Shown piece after piece: positions 1 to 10,108 of a stretch of 64,000 nt of DNA (within the stretch, counting starts at the first letter, position 1; each line of letters starts with the position of its first letter). The position numbers and the translations under genes are program-made. The DNA is from Hormiphora californensis (taxonomy: Eukaryota; Animalia; Ctenophora): NCBI GenBank assembly GCA_020137815.1, contig CM035358.1:5270001-5334000 (forward strand), given 5' to 3'. The notes under the pieces are model-generated. The model did no database searches. It worked only from the letters and a program-made list of their open reading frames with translations, and was not told where the DNA came from.

Positions 1-136
1 AAACCTCGATTTACCGGACCTCGATTTAGCGGAACCACGATTTACTGGACAGATAAATTTCCACCAATATTTTACCAGAGTCCGGTAATTCAATATCGAC
101 TGTAATGCCACAGGGATGCCACACATTATATTTCAG

Positions 137-525
137 GCATGTGATTGTCTTCCTGGGCGGACTCCAGGGCTTGGAACCAGTAATAGAGGCGGATGAGTCA
201 CTTCAGGAGGCAGATCCTCGGACCATGTTTGACTACTACCTCAATACCTGCCCAAACCAGGGCAGCAGAACTATTAGGACTGAGGTTAGTTTGCTAAAAA
301 AGAGGGAATTGGGGGAGTCATAACTCATAGTTTCCCATAATACCCGGGCGTTATGCAGTTAAATCAGCGTTTAGCTAAGTAACCAAATAGAAAATAAAAG
401 GTGACTAAAACCATGTAAATTATACATTGTAACTCGGATAATAATCTCTGAATTCCCAGGAGGCGTTACTGATTACCCTAGCGTCGCTACGACAAAAAAT
501 CGAGGAAAATGGACTGAGAGATTAA
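137..525 (+). CDS. SPOUT1: SPOUT domain methyltransferase (C9orf114/CENP-32), last two exons
   Basis: Exons 137-284 and 460-525 (GT-AG) give HVIVFLGGLQGLE...FDYYLNTCPNQGSRTIRTE|EALLITLASL...*, the characteristic SPOUT1 C-terminus. The 5' part lies outside the window. Confidence 0.9.
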
Positions 526-703
526 AAAGAGTAGGGTGTGTGCATTAGAGTGAGAACTATTTTAACCTTTTTTATTGTGTCATTAAAACAGTTTTTAGAT
601 GCTTGACTGGTTATTTAGTATTTTGTAGTTTATTTCATTACCTGACCTGCCCAAGTTACCCGGTTTCTAAACAACTAATTAGAATCCTCATATTAGCTTT
701 AAA

Positions 704-3494
704 ATGATGGTAGCAGAACCAGGTCAAGAGAGCTCAACAACTACCCTACCCGACTCTACAGAGGAACTGACAGCTTACATCCAACGGTACGGAACAGTTG
801 GTTACAAAGTCCAAATATACTGTTGCTTATCTTGTAATTTCTCGTGTGTTTGATCTGTGATCGTCTCGACCCTTTGTAAATTTGCCCCGTAATTCTAAAC
901 CTGCCCTCGCACGACCTTTCTTTGTGGACCCCACGTACCTAAAACCAACACTCCAACTACTATCAACTATGCAGAATATACCCAAACAGATAAGAAATAG
1001 TCTGTCTGTCAGTCTACCTGTTAATATGTAGTTTGTCTGTCATTGTCTGTCATTGTCTGTCGTTCAGTGAGCCATTTATTTATCACATATCTTATAATTC
1101 ATCTGACCGACCCGTTTCTCTACTGACACCCTATCTCTGACTCCTTCCATCACACCCTATCCCACCCACCCCTCTCCTTCTACCCTATCTTTATAGAATA
1201 TGATTATTATGTTATATCTTAAGGTCTTTTATTGTCTAGTGTTGATAGTATGTTGTTTCTTGCAACCCTGAACACAAGGATAATAGGAGCCACGACAGAG
1301 TCTGTCCTGGCTACTATTTCCACGCCCGCCACCATTCCGGCCACCCAGGTTATGGTTCCCACAGCCCAAAATCTCCTGGTGGTTCTGTACAGCAGTGTTA
1401 ATTGGATTGACAGCCATATCCCTCTGCCACGAACAGCCAACCACCCACAGCTTCCACCCATTAAAATATTCATGAAACTATATCCAATCCAATTCACTTC
1501 CCTTTCCCATTATCCTTACCCTCCAACTGTTACAGGAACTTCGTTACAACATATAGACTACACTGGACAACACCTTTTATAGCCATTCTGATCTCCCCGA
1601 CTGTCCTCGAGTCATCATGGGGACCTCTCAGATCAGAAATGTGCTCCTCAACCTCTCTCTTCTATTCTTCCCGATTCCCACTTCTTCCAAAATCCCTCCA
1701 CGTCGGAGACACTTCAAGATCCGGCACGATAACCAGGACAGCGATGTCCCCCGCATCTGACTCTGTGTTCGGTACCAACAAGTGTACCACTGGGTATCGT
1801 GTATGTCGGTTGGAGTAAGACTGAGTTACTGGGGTCTCCCCTATATTTTCCATCAAGGCTAGCATGAAAATACTATCAGAGTAGACCAAGATGAGGGGGA
1901 GAACTCAGTATCCCAGGTTCCTAAGACGTCTTTAACAAACAAACAAACAAACAAAGTCCAAATATACCATAATCTAGCAAAGAATCATTAGCTTTACCGT
2001 TCACTCCTCGCCCCACTCACAATCATCATTGCTCTTTTTCAGGTTTCCCGAGATTCATATATTCTCCCTTTCCCAGGCTGAGTGAGGAGAGAGATGGAAT
2101 TCAGAGGGATATAGACGTCCATACCACCACCTTAAAAAGGGAGGGGAATGTGGGTATGAATGGAGCTCTAATAGACGAGGAGCAGTACCCGCGTAATGAC
2201 ATTGATTTGGTACGTACAGTAGTATTCATGTGTTCAGTCAGACCCCGCGGGCCCGATTTACCGGATTTAACTAGCAAAACCCTTTTCCCCAAGCATCCCG
2301 GTAAATCGGGGTTCGACTATATTCAGATTTTGTATACAGTACGTGATTACTGAGCTCCAATTCCAAGAAAGTTACAAAAAGAGCGAACTGTTGACTCAAT
2401 ATTACATGTACTATTCCAGGTGGCGGTGAGAACAGCCCGTAACCAGGTTATCTGTCTAACTAACGACATGAGAGATGTAATGGGTAAAATAGAGGATGCC
2501 CTCACCAAACTTCACGAGAACACCCGTACTGGGACAGGGGTAAGAGTGTGACGTCACATCTATGACGTAGTTGGTTGGTTGGTTGTAGGTTGGTATTACC
2601 AACCATTAACCAATCGGTTGGTTGGTAATACCAAGCTCTTAGATGGGTGTGAAGCGGTGAGATCCAACGTAGTTTTGTCCTTTTTTGGTTTCTCCAATCT
2701 CCAATCATGAACATACGGATTTTATTCATGTTTTAGACATTATCTACCTCTCACGTATTTTAGTACACACGAATCCCTGCTGGCTCATTTCCAGATTTAC
2801 AAATACTAAGTTTACATTTACCTACATTTTCCTTGCCTTGTTTTCCCAACTTCTTGTAATGATTGTCCTTTTCAGACTATCTTGCGTCCCTCCTGTTTCA
2901 AAATTAGTTTCATGAATTCCGCGTCGGTGCCTTTGCCCCTCTCTTTCCAAGGCCCGCTTCCTCCCCAGAATACCCACTTCCTCCCCAAAATACCCACTTC
3001 CCGCTAGGTCCAGGTAGCACCAGTACCGGTAGGCCAGACCATGTCGGCCCCCCTTTCTCAGGGTCAATGGTGTCCTGCCAGGATCCCCGGCTGACGAGGT
3101 GGGACTCCAGGATGGGGACCTAGGTCTGCCAACTGGGCTCACTTCACAAGGACAACTTCTCCCGTGAGTTATTAATTAGAACTTACACAATTCATATGTT
3201 TCTCAGATGTTCGACTTTATTTCAATTCTTGATTATTACTATTTACCTAATTGGGCCCCGGTGCTTGCAAGAGTTTATAATTCAGCCTCTTTTCTGAAAT
3301 GGGATGAATCATACATTTAATTAACTAATTGCCCAGGTTTAGTAGATGTAGCAGAGGTAGTTCGGTTGGGAGTAAACAAGGCAGTGCCACTGAAAATCAA
3401 ACGGGGAGACGCAACTTTTACCAGGGCTCTCAAACCGCGTACATGGGCCGGTCGAGGTGTTCTGGGTTGTAATGTAGTAGAACTAACCCAGTGA
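704..3494 (+). CDS. PSMD9: 26S proteasome assembly chaperone p27/Nas2 (PDZ domain)
   Basis: Exons ~704-786, 2077-2208, 2420-2539, ~3008-3163, 3338-3494. Motifs: VGMNGALIDEEQYPRNDIDL|VAVRTARNQVICLTND, PFLRVNGVLPGSPADEVGLQDGD, PRTWAGRGVLGC. An apparent 1-nt insertion near 3123 (ctaggtctgc) shifts the PDZ frame and is probably a sequence error. Confidence 0.88.
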
Positions 3495-4374
3495 AATACT
3501 AATTAATTGATTAATTGATTAATTATAGACTCAGTTATATTTGTTATTGTTGAATTTACAGAAGTTTGGACGTTTGGTGTAACTCTTATTTAGTTGTGTT
3601 GACCACCTCAAAATTCCCCCGATGCTGCACCCTTGTAGCTGTACCCTTGTTCAATAATGAGATTTCTTCTTACACCCTTGTTCCATGGGCAGAATTCGGC
3701 CAAATTTAGGCTGAATTACGCCTTTTAGGCTGAATTCTGCGGCCGAATTACGCCGCAGAATTACGCCTTGTGCACAGGCCGAATTACGCCTAAAAGGCGT
3801 AATTCGGCCTTTTTGGTAGCCCCTCGGGAGGGTGTCATTCACACATCTAATTGATCAATGAAAATTTCATTATGAAATAACTCAGTAGATCTCTCTTTCA
3901 CACCATGCTTAATTAGGGCGTGAAAAACCATCTCACACGAAGTTTGTGCGGCTGTGTGTCAGTATTTTTCTTCCCGTGGAACCGAAGTGCTCACTTTCAA
4001 ACGGCAGATCCTTTTGCGGAGTTCTGCCCATGGAACTAGGGGGTAATCTCCCTTCCATTGTCTATTTAAAACACTCCCCTTTCCCTCACTCGACCCCCCC
4101 CCCCCCCTGGCATAGATTGATCTCCCCTCACTCTCCTACTTTCACTCTCCTACTTGGGGGGGTTCCAACCTATTTCGTGTACGTTTGTACGGAAAAAAAA
4201 CACGGGTTTCCTCAAACAAAAAAATACAAAAAAATACAAAAAAATACAAAAAAGTACAAAAAAATACAAAAAATAAAAACAGTTTTATATGGTAATTTAC
4301 CATTATTGTTCGAACTTTTACTGTTTTTAAACATTCTTCCACGCTATTTTACGCAATTTAGCACAAAATATATA

Positions 4375-4457
4375 CAGTCGGACCCCGATTTAACGGCACC
4401 CTCGGGGGAAAGGGTTTTGTCCGCTAAATCGGGGGCCGTTAAATCGGGGTCCGACTG
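4375..4457. mobile_element. pogo/Tc1-like MITE (CAGTCGGACCCCGATTTA family)
   Basis: TIR CAGTCGGACCCCGATTTA...TAAATCGGGGTCCGACTG flanked by TA, nested in the 4156-5425 element. Degenerate relatives occur near 1-50, 2236-2320 and 25555-25612. Confidence 0.85.
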
Positions 4458-4489
4458 TACATATTTTACATGTGTAGCATGCCAAAATC

Positions 4490-5217
4490 GCGAGAGAAAT
4501 TTCCCCAAATCGCAATTTCTTACCGAGAAAATTTTCCCGAATCGTATTTTCTAAGCGAGAAATTTCCCCGAATCGCAATTTCTTACCGAGAAAATTTTCC
4601 CGAATCGTATTTTCTAAGCGAGAAATTTCCCCGAATCGCAATTTCTTACCGAGAAAATTTTCTCGAATCGTATTTTCTAAGTGAGAAATTTCCCCGAATC
4701 GCAATTTCTTACCGAGAAAATTTTCTCGAATCGTATTTTCTAAGCGAGAAATTTCCCCGAATCGCAATTTCTTACCGAGAAAATTTTCTCGAATCGTATT
4801 TTCTAAGCGAGAAATTTCCCCGAATCGCAATTTCTTACCGAGAAAATTTTCTCGAATCGTATTTTCTAAGCGAGAAATTTCCCCGAATCGCAATTTCTTA
4901 CCGAGAAAATTTTCTCGAATCGTATTTTCTAAGCGAGAAATTTCCTCGAATCGCAATTTCTTACCGAGAAAATTTTCTCGAATCGTATTTTCTAAGCGAG
5001 AAATTTCTCCAAATCGCAATTTCTTACCGAGAAAATTTTCTCGAATCGTATTTTCTAAGCGAGAAATTTTCCCGAATCGCAATTTCTTACCGAGAAAATT
5101 TTCTCGAATCGTATTTTCTAAGCGAGAAATTTTCCTGAATCGCAATTTCTTACCGAGAAAATTTTCTCGAATCGTATTTTCTAATCGAAAAATTTCCCCG
5201 AATCGCAATTTCTTACC
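4490..5217. repeat. 63-bp minisatellite, about 11.5 copies
   Basis: Unit GCGAGAAATTTCCCCGAATCGCAATTTCTTACCGAGAAAATTTTCTCGAATCGTATTTTCTAA. It explains the repetitive ORFs 4390-5256 and 4470-5138. Confidence 0.95.
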
Positions 5218-5458
5218 GTTTATGTATAGCTGGGTTCCGTTCATGTTCATGTACATGTATTATTTATACTTTTTTCACGCACCCACATCCTTCATTATTT
5301 TTTTGTATTTTTTTGTACTTTTTTGTATTGTTTGTATGGAAAAAAACAGGAATTTTGGATACTTTTATGTATGGTCCGTACAAGAAAATACAAAAAAATA
5401 CAAAAAAATAGGTTGGAACCCCCCCTCCTACTTTCACTCTCCCCTTCTTTCATGTAGC

Positions 5459-8268
5459 ATGAGGTTGATAGGGTTGACGGGTGGTATAGCCTCAGGGAAA
5501 AGCTCCGTTGGAAAGGTCCTCCAGGAGGAAGGGGTTATTGTAATTTGCTGTGATACAGCTGCCAAACAAGGTACAGTTCAGGAAATACTGGTCCTTGATT
5601 GGCTGATAACCAGTCACGTGATCTAAATAACGAGTTCTGATTGGTTGTTTACTTGTTTCACTGCAATTCTTTGCAACTACTAAGGATATTGTTTTAAACA
5701 AATCACTATTTGGTACCAAAGATTGGTTTAAACAATTCACTATCACTGTTTACTCAAGTTCTGGTACCAAAGATTTGAATTGGCTCGCCTGTAGTTGTAT
5801 TATGTACCTTTGTCTCAACTCTCACAAGTTCAAAAGACTGCCCTCTTCGCTTACCGTTACAATTCCCCCATTTCCAGTTGTGGAGCAGGGTTGTCCCGGA
5901 TACGAGAAGGTGGTAAAGACGTTCGGTACGGATATCCTTCTACCTAACGGGGAGATAGATCGACAAAAACTGGGTAAGAAAGAGAGGGGGGAGAATAAAA
6001 GTGATTGAAAACAGCCCAAAAACGAAGTTACAACTTCTACAAGTAAAATGTAGTTGTCGAGCTGAAAATATAATACAGTCGGACCCCGATTTAGGGACAC
6101 CCTCGGGGGAAAGGCTCTTGTCCACTAAATCGGGGTGTCCACTAAATCGGGGTCAAATAAGGTCAATTTCCTATATCGGGGGGAAAAAATCCTGTCCCTA
6201 AATCGGGGTGCCACTAAATCGGGGGCCCCTAAATCGGGGTCCGACTGTATATATAATATATATATATAATTACAAAGTAATACAAGTTTTTAATTTTTTA
6301 CTAATAGTTTCATGCTTTCGCAATCGTCAGAAAAAAGAAAACTTGCAAATTTTAAAACGTTCAACTTCCTCTTCGACTCCTTCATCAAACCGTTTGTTGA
6401 AGTGATGCCAGGTGTCCTCTCCGGTGGGGACATTTGTTAAGAAGCTCCCATTTCTTGTTAATTAGTCCTTTCCTCGTTAATATTGCGAACTTTTCGGCCA
6501 GGCATAGAGAGCAGGTGATGTTGCCTGGGCGGTATGGTGGAGCTTTGGCGATGATCTGCCATGTTATGTCATACGTTATCTGTCTGTCATGGAGGCTCCA
6601 AACTAGTTTGGAGCCTCCATGACAGACAGATAACGTATGACATAACATGGCAGATCATCGCCAAAGCTCCACCATACCGCCCAGGCAACATCACCTGCTC
6701 TCTATGCCTGGCCGAAAAGTTCGCAATATTAACGAGGAAAGGACTAATTAACAAGAAATGGGAGCTTCTTAACAAATGTCCCCACCGGAGAGGACACCTG
6801 GCATCACTTCAACAAACGGTTTGATGAAGGAGTCGAAGAGGAAGTTGAACGTTTTAAAATTTGCAAGTTTTCTTTTTTCTGACGATTGCGAAAGCATGAA
6901 ACTATTAGTAAAAAATTAAAAACTTGTATTACTTTGTAATCAGCTCCAGAATCTTGATCCTGTCGAGCGCTTTACCAGCAATCCCTTTATAAGCAAAGAT
7001 ATATATATAATTATATATATAATAATATATTTGATAATATATTTGATACCGATCCCTTACTAAACCATCATCTCATCACCCTGCAGGTTCGGTTGTGTTC
7101 AGCACCAGAGAGAACAGAGAGATTCTGAACAGATGTATTCACCCAGAGATAGCCAAGGTGGTCAGGAGGAGGCTTATCTGGGAGTTTTTGAAGGGAACAC
7201 AGTTGGTGGTATTGGATATCCCGCTACTGTTTGAAAGTTGCAATATCAGACCCTACATGCACTCTGTAGTTCTTGTTTACTGGTATGTGAGGTGACACTG
7301 TTTTACTTTTTGATCACCACACACACATTGCACATTTTCCAAGTCTAACCACTCTAACCACTCTAACCCACTATATATATTAGAGCTCTCTCACTCTAAA
7401 TTCTACCCCTCCCCTAAATCCCCTCCTCCCCCTTCCAGTCCCTCCCCTAAATCCCCTCCTCCCCCTTCCAGCCCCTCCCCTAAATCCCCTCCTCCCCCTT
7501 CCAGCCCCTCCCCTAAATCCCCTCCTCCCCCTTCCAGCCCCTCCCCTAAATCCCCTCCTCCCCTTCCAGTACCCCTCCCCTAAATCCCCTCCTCCCCCTT
7601 CAAGTACCCCTCCCCTAAATCCCCTCCTCCCCTTCCAGTACGCCCCTCCCCTAAATCCCCTCCTCCCCTAAATCCCCTCCTCCCCTTCCAGTACGCCCCT
7701 CCCCTAAATCCCCTCCTCCCCTAAATCCCCTCCTCCCCTTCCAGTACGCCCCTCCCCTAAATCCCCTCCTCCCCTAAATCCCCTCCTCCCCTTCCAGTAC
7801 GCCAGAACAGCAGAAGGAGCGGTTAATGGACCGCAATGATTTCACAGAGGAGGCTGCCAACGCGAGGATCAACTCACAGTGGTCTATAGACGAGAAGAAG
7901 GGCATGGCCGATCATGTTATCGATAACACTGGACTGTTCCTGGATACCGGTACGTGGTGTTTAGATATATGGGATGTAACAATGGTAGTCATTTAATTCA
8001 TCAGTAGCAATAGTGTTAAATCCTTGAACAGGAAGCCGAAGACCTTGACTCCGACTGCTTTCATATTTCGTATTCTGTACTCACTGCTTAAGCAGTGACA
8101 ACTCTTCTTGATACACCAGTATTATCCTGGATTTCTTACCTGTTCCCCCATTCAGAGGCCGAAACTAGAGCACTTCTGGTAGAGCTAAAGAAAGGGATCA
8201 TCCCTATTCGTAATCTTTTACTCCTCATCATGGCTGCTATTGTCGGCTTTATCCTCTACAACTTCTGA
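5459..8268 (+). CDS. DCAKD: Dephospho-CoA kinase domain-containing protein
   Basis: Exons 5459-5570, 5878-5973, 7087-7282, 7798-7949, 8156-8268. [16 protein letters not shown]-loop, [41 protein letters not shown]...ARINSQ, and a C-terminal hydrophobic anchor. Confidence 0.93.
6076..6247. mobile_element. pogo/Tc1-like MITE, same family as 4375-4457
   Basis: Same TIRs with TA flanks, in DCAKD intron 2. Confidence 0.88.
6293..6336 (-). ncRNA. Mirror copy of the hammerhead ribozyme
   Basis: Exact reverse complement of 6873-6916 within the palindrome. Confidence 0.75.
6873..6916 (+). ncRNA. Minimal type I hammerhead ribozyme (PLE-associated)
   Basis: TTTTTT-CTGACGA-T-TGC-GAAA-GCA-T-GAAAC-TATTA-GTA-AAAAA: CUGANGA core, stem II with GAAA loop, GAAAC, very short helix III, GUA cleavage triplet and a U/A stem I. 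Confidence 0.78.
7405..7803 (+). repeat. C-rich tandem repeat containing copies of the DCAKD exon-4 splice acceptor
   Basis: Unit ~CCCTCCCCTAAATCCCCTCCTCCCCTTCCAG(TACGCC). The true acceptor is at 7797/7798. Confidence 0.9.
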
Positions 8269-8814
8269 AGAAGTTTATCTATGACTGTGTGAATTATTTT
8301 CTTAATCTTGAATGAGTTTAATTTTTGATTTGTTTGAAAAAATGCGACGAGGAATGACCTTGTGAAAATTTCACTGAAATGTGATGATCATGAGTGCATC
8401 TGTTTATTTGAAGACGTGTTTATTTGATTGGTTTGTATCATTCTAATTATTCTATTATGAAACTTGTTTTTTCAATTTCTCATCAGTCCTCGTATCGCTA
8501 AATCTGCCGGCGACACACTGTCTTTATGTTGGGAGCAAATATCTCTTTTCAACGTTGCCACGCCGGTCTGCGCGTGCGCGTTCGAACTCGATCCCGAATA
8601 GAAATGAAGTATAAAAAAAGGAATTTAAAAAAATAAAGACGTGATTTTTTTTTCTACACAAAAAAGACACGCAGAAAGTTGTAAAATGTAAACGCTACCT
8701 CGTGTGGTCGCCCTGGCATACCCTGTAGGCCCGGTGTGCGTTCTTTACGGTGACTGTTGTGTACAGGCCAACTCGTATTCCATAACTCAGTCAGGGACGG
8801 CGCTGTGCAGCTGA

Positions 8815-8858
8815 AGTTTCAAACTTTCATCAACTACAACGTAAAACTATTTATTGAG
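8815..8858 (+). other. Spliced-leader-like sequence, variant 2
   Basis: AGTTTCAAACTTTCATCAACTACAACGTAAAACTATTTATTGAG is 43/44 identical to 43925-43968(-). It shares its AGTTTCAAACTTT start and TTGAG end with the SL-like copy at 56237-56293. It is not followed by GT, so this is not an SL RNA gene. Confidence 0.72.
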
Positions 8859-8913
8859 CAGGTAGATATGGTGATGTGACCGCCCCAAAGGGCAGAAAAG
8901 TGAAACGCTGATA

Positions 8914-9939
8914 ATGAAGCCGATGTACGAAGATAAACGATTTGATAATATTCTTCGCTTACCGTACGAGGGCGATAACCCCAAGATAAAACAACTGATC
9001 GAATCTGTTGATGACTTTGTTTTAGGGGTTGAACGGCTGCATTGGGCTGCTGTTCCCGAACAACAGATAAGTATCACACCCGAGAACGTTAGTCAGTGCT
9101 ATAATTCAATCAAATATGCACCTGCGAGGGATTTTACCCCTGATTGCTCGGGCCCACCAGGAAATAACATGGGGACATTCTTCAAACATCGTCTCAAGGA
9201 CCTTACTCCAAAACAAGTTGTTGATGTTACCACCAACCTCTTTGTTTCCAGTGCTAAGCTTGCTCAAGCAGCGATGAACAATTTGAACACCATTATCACT
9301 GCAGAAAAACTCGAGAAACAACTCTCTACGTGCAAAGAAGAGCTTGAACGAAATCGTGTTTTGATCATTGAACTGCAACAAACGGTCATCAGTGCCCAGA
9401 AAGAACAACTGAGCTCAGTGGAAACGTCAGTGCAGAAGGTGAAAGCTTACTCGACCGTCCTGGCTCAAAACTATGCCGCAGCCTCCCCTGTGGCGAAAAG
9501 GCTGCCAACTCCTCGTAAGCCACCAACGTCTAAGCCTCCTGCTACAGTAGTAGCTCAGTCAAACCGAGAGAAGAACTTGGTAATATTTGGGCTCCCAGAA
9601 ACAACTGAGAACGCTGCTAGAACCAATCTGGATGAGCTATTTGAAGAACTGAATGAGAAACCGAAAGTTGCTAATATGAAACGTATCGGTGAGAAAAATG
9701 AGGAACGCCCTAGGCCGCTCTTGGTATCTCTTGAGAAGAGAGCAACCCTTTTGGCGCTGTTGAAGAAGGCACGGCAACTCAAAGAATCCACAAAACACTC
9801 GACCGTTTATCTGTCACCGGATCTTAACCCCTCCCAACTAAAGGAGCGAAAAGCTCTGCTTGCTACCTTGAAACGGGTTCGGACAGATGATCCAGGAGGC
9901 AATTATTACATTAGAAACAATGTAATCCAAGTCGGATAG
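8914..9939 (+). CDS. LINE ORF1-like RNA-binding protein (coiled coil + RRM-like + CTD), 341 aa
   Basis: Intact ORF with a coiled coil followed by NLVIFGLPE...RIGEK..RPRPLLV...VYLSPDL...ERKAL, typical of CR1/L2-group ORF1. Homologous to 55203-56192. Confidence 0.85.
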   Translation: MKPMYEDKRFDNILRLPYEGDNPKIKQLIESVDDFVLGVERLHWAAVPEQQISITPENVSQCYNSIKYAPARDFTPDCSGPPGNNMGTFFKHRLKDLTPKQVVDVTTNLFVSSAKLAQAAMNNLNTIITAEKLEKQLSTCKEELERNRVLIIELQQTVISAQKEQLSSVETSVQKVKAYSTVLAQNYAAASPVAKRLPTPRKPPTSKPPATVVAQSNREKNLVIFGLPETTENAARTNLDELFEELNEKPKVANMKRIGEKNEERPRPLLVSLEKRATLLALLKKARQLKESTKHSTVYLSPDLNPSQLKERKALLATLKRVRTDDPGGNYYIRNNVIQVG

Positions 9940-10108
9940 CGAACTGAACTGTTTCTATATATGTTACCCCGCTTTAGGTAACTGCCGATGCTTTGAGCCT
10001 CTCGGCCTTGTAGGATATATATACTTAACTATATATGTCTATAGTGTAAGAGCGGGAAGAGTCTGTTAAGAACTCTAATATAAATTGTGATGTTCATTTT
10101 CATTTTCG

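Larger units (their letters stand above)
4156..5425. mobile_element. Non-autonomous TIR element carrying an internal 63-bp tandem array
   Basis: TIRs GGGGGGGTTCCAACCTATT...AATAGGTTGGAACCCCCCC, with direct repeat TCCTACTT at 4148-4155 and 5426-5433 (8-9 bp TSD). Subterminal AAAATACAAA repeats occur in inverted orientation. Confidence 0.8.
6269..6998. mobile_element. Penelope-like element 3' fragment forming a perfect 672-bp palindrome (6269-6940)
   Basis: Mirror ORFs 6385-6648(-) and 6561-6824(+) encode [30 protein letters not shown]...[15 protein letters not shown], resembling the C-terminal GIY-YIG region of Penelope-like elements. The centre is at 6604/6605 and the fragment is flanked by (TA)n. 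Confidence 0.8.
8815..10107 (+). mobile_element. ORF1-only non-LTR retroelement with SL-like 5' end and L2-type 3' tail (element A)
   Basis: 44-nt SL-like head 8815-8858, ORF 8914-9939, and tail CCGCTTT (9969)...GTGTAAGAGCGGGA (10044)...ATAAATTGTG (10080)...(TTCAT)n ending at 10107. Confidence 0.78.

Noticed and set aside
3115-3130. Programmed frameshift or pseudogenisation of PSMD9
   Set aside because: It is a single-base indel in an otherwise conserved gene. Similar 1-nt shifts at ~28365 and ~34376 point to consensus errors; reads are needed to decide.
4490-5217. Possible CRISPR-like array (also 39207-39978 and 12287-12472)
   Set aside because: The units are contiguous with no unique spacers, there are no cas genes, and the context is eukaryotic.
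4390-5256. 288-aa and 222-aa repetitive ORFs
   Set aside because: They are translations of a 63-bp minisatellite inside a TIR element.
8815-8880. SL RNA gene (also at 43925-43968 and 56237-56293)
   Set aside because: None of the three SL-like copies is followed directly by a GT donor and a recognisable Sm-site intron.
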